Assembly: GCA_002104945.1 (NCBI GenBank)
Contig: MCFH01000093.1
Location: forward strand, 1 to 64,000
Direction: 5' to 3'
From: Piromyces finnis finn
Taxonomy: Eukaryota > Fungi > Neocallimastigomycota
DNA length: 64,000 bases
This document shows positions 31,257 through 44,386 of the stretch, one piece after another; within the stretch, counting starts at the first letter, position 1, and each line of letters opens with the position of its first letter. The translations under genes and the position numbers were made by a program. The notes below the pieces were generated by a model, which was given only the letters and a program-made list of their open reading frames with translations, did no database searches and had not been told where the DNA came from.

Positions 31257-34200
31257 AAGGTTATAGTTTTATAGAAATACTAATTACTTGACATACATTA
31301 ATATAAACAAATGTTATTTCTAAAGACTTTGAATGTTCATAATATTATTATTTAGTAAGAATAAATTTATATTAAATCAAATTTTAATATATTATAATAT
31401 ATTATAATATATATAGATCAACATAGGAAAATTGCTTGGTATTTTTTGTAATTTTAATAAAAATATATACCTTGTTTCATTATTTAAAAATCATATGCAT
31501 TATTAAATTATATAAGTTAATGTAATGTAATATATTTAACTAATAATAGTAGAGTGTTTTATGTATAAAGAAAATAGTATAAAAATATCTATGAATAGGA
31601 ACAAAAAAACTTTATAAATATTCAATTCATATATACAAAAAAACGTATAAATTTTTTATATTAATATTTTCTTATAAAAATAATATGTAATAAAATTGAA
31701 AAAAAAAATAGGACTTTAATAATTAATAACAAAAGAACTATTCTTGGAAAAATAGTATTTAAAATATTCAAAATGGTTATATAAAAATCAAAACTGTATA
31801 AAATTATACTTTATATAAACAAAATATAAAGATAATTAATAAAATATGAACTTGAAATTTTTTATTAAAAAAAATCTAAATTAAAAGATAAATAAGTTGG
31901 TTGCTGCCTTTAATTATATTACTATTTGATAATTAATTAGTTTTAGTATTTATGTTCATTATATTGAAAACGATGATAATTACACTTTTTTCTTTTAAAT
32001 AGATTATTTCTACTTTTATTACTATCATCATTCTATTTTTATTGACATTAGATGTCGTTTTATTGGAGAAAATAAATCATCATCATTATCATCATTGGAT
32101 AATTAAATTTTTCATTTTCTATTTATAAAAGAAAAATTTACATATCATTGAACTGGGAAAAAAAATTGAATTTCAAATTAACTTTTTAATTACAATCTAT
32201 ACTAAATTAATAATAAAATTTATAACAATAAATAATATGTTTATAGTAATGATATAAAAACTAAATAAAAAAATTTTAAAAAAATAAGGTAATAGCAAAA
32301 TAAAAATAAAAAATAAAAAAAAGAAAAAGAAAAAGGGAAAATTTAATACTTTTACTTTCGTTTTATTTAGTAGATCTAATTTTATATTTTATAGAGTTTC
32401 TATTCCTCTGTAATGCCAAGATAAATAAATAAATTCAAAAATTGAAATTTTCTCCAAAATTTTTAAAAAAATCATATGAATCCCATATTTATGAAAAAAA
32501 TGTTATTATTAATTTATTTTTCCCATAAAAAAAATTTTTTATTAGATATTTGATAAAAATGAAAAAAAAAAAAAAATAGCTCAATTACGTTCTAGTAAAA
32601 GTTAGTTTAGTAGCATAATTCAATTTAAAACTATAAAATTTGTCTTTAGGATAATAAAATAAGTGGCCTAGATCTGAATTAGAATATTTAATAATATTTA
32701 ATAATTAAAAAAGAAATATATATATAAATATAATATTCCATACAATTTCATTTATAATTCCATATTTAACTACAAAAATATATATAATTTGACATGAAAT
32801 TATAAATTATATGTCAGATAATTAAAATAACTATATGATGACTATGTATTAAATAATAAAACTATTAAATATATTTTTAAATTTAAAACTTTTATTTGTT
32901 CATTGATCTTAGTACATTATATAACCTGACCATATATTTTCGGTTAGAAAAACTAAAAAAAAAATTAGTTTTTATTATTATAGAATCATTTCTATAGTTT
33001 ATTACTATAGTGCTTTAAAACAATATTCATTTTTATTTCATAAAATTAAATTGTATAAATTTTTTAGAAGTAAATAAACTAAAAAAAAAAAAAAATAGAA
33101 TTATTGAACATGAGTATTATAGTTATTGAAACGATTATTACTTAAATAATACATATAATACTAATTAATCATAATATTCAAAGAATTTATATTCATTATT
33201 TCATCGTTTATCAATACATCAATACATTATAGATATTATTTTTGAATACAACTATTTTTTAAAAGAATTTCTAATATGCGTTTTAACACCAGAAATAATA
33301 TTTATTTTTTTTTTTTTTTTTTTTTGAATCGACATTATAACAACATTTTATATTATTTATATAATTAACACAGAAAAAAAAATTAAAAGAATTTATTCAA
33401 ATACTACCTGGTAAAATTATCTTTTTCTAAAGTAACATAAATATATAAATTTGGTTTTAAGAAAATTCATTTCTTACCTTTATCCTATTTATATTTTTGT
33501 TTTTGTTTTTACTTTAATCTAGAATCAACTAAAAGTAATAAAAAGATTTTCCTTCACACCTTCAAATAATAGCATTGTTAATAATATATTGGCTATGATA
33601 ATTTCTTCTATACTTGCAATCCCATTAATATTTATTTTATTTAAAAAAAATAACAATTGGAATTATTTTTTTGAAAGGAACCTATTCATTCTTGATAATT
33701 AATATGATGAAATATATTTACTCATAATTATATGAATCTGAATTCCAAAATTTTGAAAACAATCCTCTTAATAAGCAAATCATTAATACCAAAATGAACA
33801 AAAAAGAATAATTCAAAATATCAAATTACCTTTTGAAAAAGTTATATTAGTTGCACTTGTATTTTGGTGATATATTTGGTATATTAAATTTATTTTACTG
33901 CAATAATAAACTTTATTCTTTATTTTTTATAGGCACTTTTGGTTTGTACTAACCACGTTACCTGTCATGTGGTCTATTACAATTTCAACTCTTTTAATTA
34001 AAAGTATCATGTGATTAGATTATCTGTAACATTATTTTTAAAAAACTCTATTCATGATAAAGTATTAATTATTAAGTTGGTTTGCTTTATCAAAAAAAAA
34101 AAAAAAAAAACTAAAAATAGTACATGCATGATTACATGTAATTGGAATTGGAGTTGGAATTAAAAATATAAAACAAATTTATTATTGATTTATTTAATAT

Positions 34201-34772
34201 TTTTTAGACTGATATGTATAAATATCAATTCATATAATTATTAATAGATTAGTAAAGTTTTTTTAATCTTTTACAGCGAAAATTAGCATTAATAAAAAAA
34301 AAAATAAGCTTTATTATAAACAGATCAAGCCATATCAAAATAAATATACTTGTATTTGTCTATACGTTATTCATTAAGAATACTTTTAAAAAGTTAGGAT
34401 TGGTCAAAAAACTTAACCTTTTACAAAATGTAATTTATTTTCAATGTATCATATGACCAACTTTTCATTTAATTCTGATGATTTAATTGGATCAAAAATT
34501 TGAATTTTTCCTTTTGAATTTTTTTTTTTTTTAATTTAAAAAATTAAAATTTTAATACAAAATTTTATGTGAAACATTTAATATAAAATGTCAGGAATTT
34601 TTCAAAGTTTTTTTAATTATAAAATAAAAAAATTATTTTTTATATTGATTATAAAAAATAGTTTAATACTATTTAATAAAAAATAAAATAATAAGATATA
34701 AAAACTAAAGAAAAAAAAAATATATATATATATATAATAAATAAACATTTATATTCCATAAAAAAAATAAAA

Positions 34773-36865
34773 ATGATTAGAGCATTCTTATTCTTAATAG
34801 CTTTAAGTAAGTAGGATAAAAATATATATTCATAAATTCTAAATATTAATAATATTTAAAAAATTATTCCTTTCTTATTAAAAATTTTAATATTTTTCTA
34901 GTTTTTGCTGTTGAAGCTAAATTCCTTGATAATCTTGACAGAACTTTTAGTACTGGAGATGATAAAGTTCTTGTAGTCAATATTACTCTTCCAGATGAAG
35001 ATTATGCCCAAGTTTTAGAATATGTTCAAGTTGGCTTAGAAGACATTGAAAATGGTACTACTAAAGATTTCAAGACAAAGTCCGCTACTGTTATCATTGC
35101 TGATAATGAGTAAGTCTTTTTTTCAATAATTTTAAAAATAAAAATAATAAAATAAAAGCGTATTTATAATACTGATTTTATTCCAAATATCTTATCATTA
35201 TCATTATTATAGAGATGTTAAAGTTTTTAAAGATAGTACTTTTAAGATTGGTGGTAATTTTGCTAGAACTTTCAGTAAGCCAGGTTTTAATATTAATCTT
35301 AATGAAGAATATAATAATAGAAAGAGTTTCCGTCTTCGTGCTGATGTTAATGATAAATCTTATTTAAGACAAAAGCTTCTTACTGATATTACTAACAGAG
35401 TCGGTTTACCTTCCATTCAAAGTACTTTTGTTACACTTACTATTAATGGAAATTACTATGGATTGTAAATATTTCTATATAGACTAACTTTATATAATAG
35501 TTTTCTTAAAAGAAATAAATGATTAATAGAAATACTATTATTTGATTATGTTATTTTATTTTTATTTCCTTTATTTTGTATAAACAACTTATTTAATTAT
35601 TAAATGTATATTTTATTTTTATTTTTTTATCTTATATAAATATATATATATATATTAAAGATACAAATTATTAGATACCATTAAACCAGTGAACATTAAA
35701 AAACTTTACGATACCAAAACAAACAAAAAGGAATTAGAATTATATAATTGTAAATATAGCTTTACTTTTACCGAAGAATCCTCAAATGGTTGTGTTAATG
35801 ATTCTAGCGATGATGAAAATGATATTGCTGAATTCCAAAAATTCATTGCCGCTGCTGATAAAGCTACTACCATAGAAGAATTAGATGCCATCATGAATGT
35901 AGATATTATTTTAAAGTATTTTGCTATCGATTGGCTTGTTGGATCTTTTGATCATTTCTTAGTTTTAGGTCATAATTTCTATTTCTACAAAAATGAAATT
36001 AACAATAAATGGGATATTATCTATTATGATTATGATAATACTCTTGGACAAGGTCTTGGTGGTTGGGCTTGGTACAATGGTAAAAATATGAATGTTACCG
36101 ACTTCACCAAACTTTCCTTCCAACAATTTTCTAATGATCAAAAGATTCTTGATATTCTTGTCAATAATGATGATAGTAGATTTAAGAAAAACTTAAAGGA
36201 AGTATTAACTTATGGTTTTAATCCAGTTCTTTTAAATGAACATATTGATGATCTTAAATCCCTTATTTCACCTTATGTTAAAAAAGATTTCATTCCAATT
36301 CACGATGAATTACCAGGTAGAGTTAATAAAAAAGAAAAAAGGTTTTCCAATGGATTCTTCCTATGAACTCTATGAACAAAATTCAGAATACGAAACTACT
36401 CTTTACATTGAAGTTGATCTAGAATATACTCCAGGTATTAAAGCATGGATTAGAGATTCCTTTGAAAATGCTTGTGCTCAATATGGATTTGATAAGGAAG
36501 AAATTTTAAAGGATACTGTCTCCTTAACACCAACATCATTCTTTACTAAAGTTAAAAATGGTATTTTACCCTATGATAATATGAATAATGATGGTCATGT
36601 CGAAGATCAATGTTGGGCTTCAGAACAAGGTTATTCCTGTTGTCAAAGATGTAATGTTGTCCTTATCGAAGAAAATGGCCAAAAATGGGGTGTTGAAAAT
36701 AACCAATGGTGTGGTATTCAAGACAGTGTTTGTGAAGCTGAAGAAGATGTTTGTCAAAGTAGTGACTATGGATGTTGTGAAACTTGTAATCAATACTATG
36801 TTGATTACACCGGTAGATACGGTTATGAAAATGGACAATGGTGTCTTGTCAAGAATACTTGTTAA
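34773..36865 (+). CDS. CotH-family protein kinase with signal peptide and two C-terminal fungal dockerin (CBM10-type) domains, paralog 1; +1 frameshift near 36328-36340
   Basis: Exons 34773-34806, 34902-35109, 35213-35464, 35661-36865 total 1699 nt, one more than a multiple of 3. CotH motifs: KPGFNI, FRLRAD..D.SYLRQKL, DWLVGSFDHF..GHNFYFY, DIIYYDYDNTLG. Dockerins: CWASEQGYSCC...WGVENNQWCG and GCCETC...YGYENGQWC. Confidence 0.85.
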
Positions 36866-37401
36866 AGTAGTATATCAAAAAAAAAAAAAAATAAATAAAT
36901 AAATAAATTTTGAAAACATTAAAATTAGTGTATGTAATAGTTATATTTAATAAAAAACTTAACACCTATACATAAAGTTTTTTTCATTACCTAAAAAAAT
37001 ACTAATGAAAATAAACTATTTAAAATTAACAACATAATATATAAAATAATAATTTATTATGAAATAAAATAAAATAATAATAAAAATAATAATAAATTAG
37101 TATAAATTAAAGGTTGTGTAACGTTTTATAATTTTTCAAAATTTTGTATATATACAAAGATGAATTTATATATTAAATATGAGTAATAATGTATTAAAAA
37201 AGTGTATAACACATTTTGAAATGATTGGTGGAATGAAATCCATAATTTATTTTTCCTGAGAAAAAGACATATCAATTGACTAAACATTAAACCAAACAGT
37301 TTCGTCGTAGGACACAATTTAAAAGAAATTTGAATTTTATTGTTAAAAAAAAAAAAAAATAAAAATTTAAATTGTATAGCAAATTAAATTTTAAAAATCA
37401 A

Positions 37402-38597
37402 CTCAGGTTAGATGTTTTAACAAGTGGAAAAACTCAAATTGTATTATCTCATAACTTGTCAATTACATTACTAAATTTAGAAAATATACATGGTACAAAT
37501 CAAATAGGACTCTTGATAAAAAATTAAAAAAGCATGGTAATGTTACAGCAGTTAAAAACTTTTATTGGAAAAATCTCAAAGGAAATTCAGTCAAAGCACA
37601 ATACTATGACGATAATAAATTTATTGAAACTATAGATTTTATTAAATTATGTTAAAAGTTCCTAGAGTTTGCTAATGGTTTCTACTGGCTATTGAAAGCA
37701 AGAAGAGGATAAAAGTTGGATGCTAAAGTTGTAAAAGCTGCTATATTTGTTAATCCAGTTTGTCCTAACTACTGTCCATGTTGCAAGAATGGAGATCAAA
37801 GTATTAAACATTGGTACCTTGGTTATTAGATTGTCCAACTTTTAGAGATATCCATATTAAACATTACAATTAAATTACATAGTCCAGCTATTAAATTTTT
37901 TCAGTCAACGTAATTTCAACAATCCCATCAATAATAATGAAAATATTTACATTAGTAAATTTAGCAATAATAACAATAGTAATAGTAACAATAGTAATAA
38001 TAACAATAATAGAAATAATAATATTAGTAATGATAGCAATAGTGAAGATAATAATTCTAATTTAGATAGTTATTTAGTTAATAATAGTAATAGTTCTAAT
38101 AATCTGGTGAATATTAATGTGTATGATTATTCTAGTGCGCCAGTGTGTGCAATAAAATATTTAAATTCCTTCCTAGGAGAAAAAGTTTTAACAATATCAA
38201 TTACAATTCAAGGGAATGGAAAGAACTTTGCAAGTATTAGATTCAATTGAGCACTTACGAAGGAACACCATTCTTGATGGTAACAGCGGAACTTCTTACT
38301 AAAATCATGCCTTTTTATTATTGGCCAGCAATAGTCAATGTTTAAAAGATTTGAAACAACAACCATGAGCATCAATGCTGAAGGAACAGTAAGACAGGCC
38401 AGGAGGGCCAGCATTACCAACGGAAATCATAATTTTATCCTATAACAAAATTTTGATCTTTGACTCGGTGTCCCATTAGAAGTCAAATACAATTATTATA
38501 CTTAAGTATAATAATGGCTTTCTTTCTTTAATTAAAACTACTAGAATACATTATACCCAATTTCTATTCATTTGTGTTTATTTGAATATATTTTTTT
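37402..38597 (+). mobile_element. Old 5'-truncated, degenerate LINE remnant (3' end of ORF plus 3' UTR) of the family found at 54.8-64 kb
   Basis: Aligns by eye to the reverse complement of 60.3-61.5 kb (CTCAGGTTAGATGTTTTAAC..., GTCCTAACTACTGTCCATG, CTTTGACTCGGTGTCCCATT...) with stops and frameshifts. Confidence 0.88.
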
Positions 38598-41057
38598 ATC
38601 ATCAAAATTAATGCATAAGTAGAAGAAGATTCTTTTTTAAACGAAATTTTTGAATAATATATAATCATTACATGATTTAATTATCAATATAGCCAAGGGA
38701 AACAATAAGTTTAAATAATTCTTGAATTCAGTTTAAAAGATATTTCAAGAAAAAATTCTGATATTATTATAATGTATTATAAATACTTTGAAATACTAAA
38801 ATATCTTCTCGTCCTACCTTCCATTAATGGAAAATTTAATGTAAATGTTCTTCCTTCCTATAGAATTATTATGATATCATATTAGGTCATGGTATAAATT
38901 AATATTCATTATTCTATAAACTATAAGAGTTGATAGAAGGAATAGTTTTCATTTCTATAAAGAAACAGATAATAATTATATTTATATATAATATGAAATG
39001 ATGTGTTAATATAAATATAAAGAATATATTTTAATTGAAGGAAACAGTTAATAAATATAGATGGGAAACTTTAATAAAAAAGTACTTCTAATATAAAAAA
39101 AAAAAAAAAAACATTTATATCTTCTTTATAAATAATATAATATATATATATATATATACTATTTTATATTAAAAAATTCTATAAAAGAAATTTAATTATA
39201 GAAATGTCAATCAAAAAGTAATTAAAATATATATTAAATATAAATATAACATATAGCATAAATAAAACCACAAAAACTTTTTTATATTATCAGATTTTAT
39301 AATATGAAAAAAAAAAAAAAAGTTAATCATTTAATAATAACATGAATATAAAACTATGAAAATGTAAATCTACATAGATATATATATACTTAACATTATC
39401 TATTTTATAAACATTGATTTTTATTTCTTAAATCTGACCCTATTTTTCTAAGCACAAAAAGGAGAAGTTTCTTGAAACCAAAAAAATGAATATATTAAAT
39501 ATTTATTATAAAAGTGTTGAATTAATAAAAGTTATTATACATAAAATATTTAAAAAAAATAAGCAAACATAAAAGTTAAAATTTTTACAAATTTAATATT
39601 AACATAATAATAAAAAAACTTTTTCTCTCTAGCATATATTTAAGAAATAATAATAATATAAAAAAAAAGAAAGAAAACTTGCCTTTAATATTTCTTTTTT
39701 ATTTTTCAAAAAAGTCTTCTTTACAAACATGCTTAGTCACCTTTTAAAAAAAGATATTTTTTATAATAAATAAAGTTTATGACTTTATTAATTTTAATAT
39801 AAAATTTTTTTGTGATTCATTTTTTGAAATGGCCAATCATCTTTAAATTTATTTTCCTTAATTTACTACCATAAACAAACCATACAAGATCTTACAACGA
39901 AAAAAAAAGTTTAAAAAAAAGAAAAAGAGAAAGACAAACAAAATGAAAAAGAAAATTGTAGTTACTTAAAATACTAAAAAGTAGTTCTTTTATTTATTCA
40001 TTTATTTAAAAGTGTTATTAAAAATAGAATTAATTAATTATTTTTAAAAATTCATCATTTTATTTCTATTTTAAAAAAAAAAAATATTTCAAGTTTTTCT
40101 CTTTCTCTTTCTTACTTTAAAAAAAAAATTTATTTAATAAAATAAATTTAATTTAATTTTATTATTAAATAAAGTTTATTATATAATATTTCATAAATTC
40201 ATTATAAATAAAAATACTTGAAAATGAAGTAATAAAGAAAAGATTGAAAAGGCTGAATATTAACAAAACAAAATAAAAAATAAAAGTTTTTACAAATTTT
40301 TATGTATTCATAAAAAATGATATTTTTTTTTTAAAAAAAACGCATATACTATTATTATTTTGAAACATAATTTTACTATTGTTCTTACCTACTTTTAAAC
40401 TATTTTTTATTAAAAGTATAAAACTTTAACCAACCTTTTCTTTATGCAACCTTTTTTTAGGCTAAACAAATAAAAAAAAATTTTTTACCGCCAGTTCACA
40501 CCAATTTATCTGTCCATATATTAATGAATAAATAATTCAATTTTTATAAATAACCAATAATAAAAAAAGAAATTCATTTTATTATTATTTAAGGTTTAAA
40601 CGATCATAAATTTAAAAATTTATTAAATTTTACAAAAAGATGAGTAGAAATGCTTAGCTTAAAAAAAAAAAAGAATATAAAAACTTATAAAGTTAAAATA
40701 ATAATAATAATAAATAATAAAAACATGTTAAATAGTAATAATAAAATATTACTGCATTCTTTACATATTCACTAAATACTCTATACATTATATTAATTTA
40801 CATTATGATAATTTATGAAACTATCATATTCATTACATTTCATATCATTATTAAATTAAATGTTAATTAATGCGTCATGATTTTTTTTTGTTTTACCTTT
40901 TCTCAAATAATAAATTAAAAATTTCTTTTTTTGGTATGTGAAGATAAATTAAAAAAAAATTTTGGTATAAAAAGTACTAGAAATACCTCGCTTTCTTTGA
41001 GACTTTAAAATAAAAAATAAAAAGGTTTTTTATTATTATCTATATTGATTATAAATA

Positions 41058-43212
41058 ATGATTAAAGGATTGATAATATTTCTTTCTTTGAGTATGTTTC
41101 TTTTGTTAAAATAACATAAATATAAATATAGGATAAAAAAAAAAAAACAATTGTTATTACTGGAAAAAAACTAATAGCATTCTACTATTTTATTCTTATT
41201 TAGTTTTGATAATCAAAGCTAAATTTTTAGATAATTTAGATAGAACTTTCAGTAGTGGTGACAATAAGGTTCTTGAAGTTTCTATTACTATATCCGATGA
41301 AGACTATAATAAAATTGTAGAATGTGTTCAAGTTAGTCCAATGGAAGTTTTCCAAAATAATGCTAAAGAACATGAAGCTGTTGCTAATATCACTATTACT
41401 GATAATGAGTAATTATAATAGCTATTAAATATTATTATACTATTATATCAATATCATTTATAAAATAAACTAATTATTATGATAATATTATAATTATTCA
41501 AATTATTCAAATTATTATTTTATCATAAAAAATATATATATATAAACATATTTATATTATCATTATTTATTAATAAAGTAAAGTAAAGTCTTTTCCAGGA
41601 AGTAAATTAAAGACTTCTGGTAACTTTTCAAAATCTTTCACCAAACCAGGTTTTAATATTGAACTTTCTGAAAAATATAAACAAAGAAAGATTTTCCGTC
41701 TCCGTACCGATTCAAGTGATGTTTCTCATATAAGACAAAAGGTTGTTTGTGATATTGCAAACAGAGTTGGTTTACCATCTATTCAAAGTACTTTTGTTAG
41801 ACTTACTATTAATGGAAAATTATTTGGTTTGTAAGTAGAATGGAAATATTTAGTTATTTATTAAGAATAGAAAAGGAATTAAAATAATATTTAATTCATA
41901 TAAAAAAATTATATAAATACGGAGTAAAATAAATAATTATTAAAAAAAACTATAACTATTATTAATTAATTACATCTGTAAAATAAAATTTATTCTTAGA
42001 TTTGGTCTTATGGATTCTCTTAAGCCATACAATATTAAAAGAATGTATAACACAAAGACTGATAAAAAAGATTTAAAATTAATTCAATGTAAAGATATGG
42101 GTTTCAGATTCACTTCCGATACTGTAAATATTTGTAGTAGTGATGGTGGTGATGAAAGCGCCTTTGAAGAATTTAAACAATTTGTTGCTGAAGTTGAAAA
42201 AGCTAATTCACTTGAAGATTTAGAAAAAATTATGAATGTTGATATATTTTTAAAATATTTTGCTCTTGAATGGGTTATTGGTTCATTCGATCACATGCTT
42301 GTATTAGGTCACAATTTCTATTTCTATAAAAACGAAATCAATAATAAATGGGATGTTATCTATTACGATTTTGATAATACTCTTGGTCAAGCTCAAAGAG
42401 TTGATTGGGCTTGGTCTTCAGGAAAAAATCAAGGTGTTGAAGATTACACTACATTAACTTTTGAAGAATTTACTGATAACCAAAGAATTTTCGATATTGC
42501 TGTTAACAAGGATGATACAAGATTCAAGAAAAACTTAAAGGAACTTTTAACTTTCGGTTACAATCCAGTTCTTTTAAACGAACACATTGATGATCTTAAA
42601 TCATACATTTCTCCATATGTAAAAGAAGAATACACTCCAATAAACGGAGAATATCCAGGAAGACTTAATAAACTCGGTTATCCTTTAGATGGTCTTACCT
42701 ACGAATCCTATGAATTAAATTCTGAATATGGCACTGTTGGACACCAAGAAATGATGGGTGAATTACGTGTCCCAGGTATTAAAGCATGGATTAGAGATTC
42801 ATTTGAAAGTGTTTGCGCTCAATACGGATTTGATAAGGAAGAAATTTTAAAGGATACTGTCACTTTAGCTCCAACATCTTTCTTTACTAAAATTAAGAAT
42901 GGAATTTCTCCATATGATGGTTCTATTATTCCAAACAACAATAATGATGATGATGAATGTTGGGCTTCAGAACAAGGTTATGATTGTTGTGAAAGTTGTA
43001 ACGTTGTCTTTGTCGAAGAAAATGGCCAAAAATGGGGTGTTGAAAATAACCAATGGTGTGGTATTCAAGACAGTGTTTGTGAAGCTGAAGAAGATGTTTG
43101 TCAAAGTAGTGACTATGGATGTTGTGAAACTTGTAATCAATACTATGTTGATTACACCGGTAGATACGGTTACGAAAACGGACAATGGTGTCTTGTTAAA
43201 AATACTTGTTAA
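41058..43212 (+). CDS. CotH-family protein kinase with signal peptide and two fungal dockerin domains, paralog 2, about 567 aa, intact
   Basis: Exons 41058-41091, 41204-41408, 41579-41830, 42000-43212 total 1704 nt, open frame. Same intron positions as paralog 1. Motifs EWVIGSFDHML..GHNFYFY, DVIYYDFDNTLG, and two Cys/Trp dockerins. Confidence 0.9.
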
Positions 43213-44129
43213 ACTACCTATAACTGTAATTTAAAAAAAAAAAAAAAAAGTTTTAATTAATTAAAATAAGTATTAAAAAATCAAATAATATTAACTTATA
43301 TAAATTATATATTTATTCCTAAAAAAAAATAAAAAATAAAAAACTAAAAATTAATTTTAACAATGTAAATGTACGCACACAAAATAAAATAATAAAAATA
43401 AAAAATAAAAAATACATAAAATATATAAAATATATATAAATTTATTTTATCATTTTAAAAATTAATATTTTCATGATTTATCTCTTTTTAAATGAAATTT
43501 TATTTTAAGAATTTGAAAGAAAAAAAAAAGTAGATATATAGATTAAAATTAGTGCATTGATGTTTATCTTCATTGAAAATTCAAATATATTTTATAATTT
43601 TCATAATTATAATATTAAAATCTTAAAAAGAATAATGAGTAAATCTTTAAACAAAACATAAAGACATATTTTATTGTTTAAAAATTAAAAGATTTCAAAA
43701 TTAACACAAAATATATTTAAAAAAGAAAATGCCTATATATATAATTTATATAATTACTATAAAAGTAAAATTATATAATAAAATATATGTATATCAACCA
43801 AAAAGTTATCCGTTTTATGTCTATTTCAATAAAAGATTTCATTTTCTATAAAAAAAAAAAATTAAAGGATTAAAAATAATAAAAAAAAGCTATAATAATA
43901 CATTTCTGTAAATTTACACAAAACAACCAATGATATTAATTTTATATTACAATATATATTAAATTATATATTTAGTAATTAATATTAACTTTATTTTATA
44001 TTATTTTTTTATAGTTTTTCTAAAAAACTAAAGGATTAGTTTATTGTTAAAAGGTTAGTTTATAATAATTCTATAATTTTAAAAAATTATATTTTATTCA
44101 TTTTTTAATTTTATCTTTTATTTAAAATG

Positions 44130-44364
44130 TGTCAGATAAATTTAGTTTACACTTAAATTTATTTATAAAACTATTTGGGTTTTTATAATCTTTTATTTAT
44201 TTATATTTATTTTATAATATAAATATTGTAACTTTCTTAAAATCTTTTTATTAAAAAATAACCAAAGAATAAAAATGTAGTACAATATTAATTTATAATT
44301 TTATAAAATACAAATACATAAAAAATACATAAAATATTATTTTGGAATGTATTTTATTTTCACA
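44130..44364 (-). repeat. 3' LTR of copia element (235 bp)
   Basis: No differences from 49891-50125 found by eye. Confidence 0.95.
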
Positions 44365-44371
44365 CTCCCCC
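44365..44371 (-). promoter_or_regulatory. Polypurine tract (GGGGGAG) of copia element
   Basis: Immediately precedes the 3' LTR on the element's sense strand. Confidence 0.85.
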
Positions 44372-44386
44372 AAAGTTATAAATTCA

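Noticed and set aside
33100-33830. Possible decayed membrane/LRR-receptor pseudogene (NNILAMIISSILAIPLIFILFKK; LTPEII; QILPGKI)
   Set aside because: Fragments are short, interrupted by stops and cannot be joined into a gene model; could be chance in AT-rich DNA.
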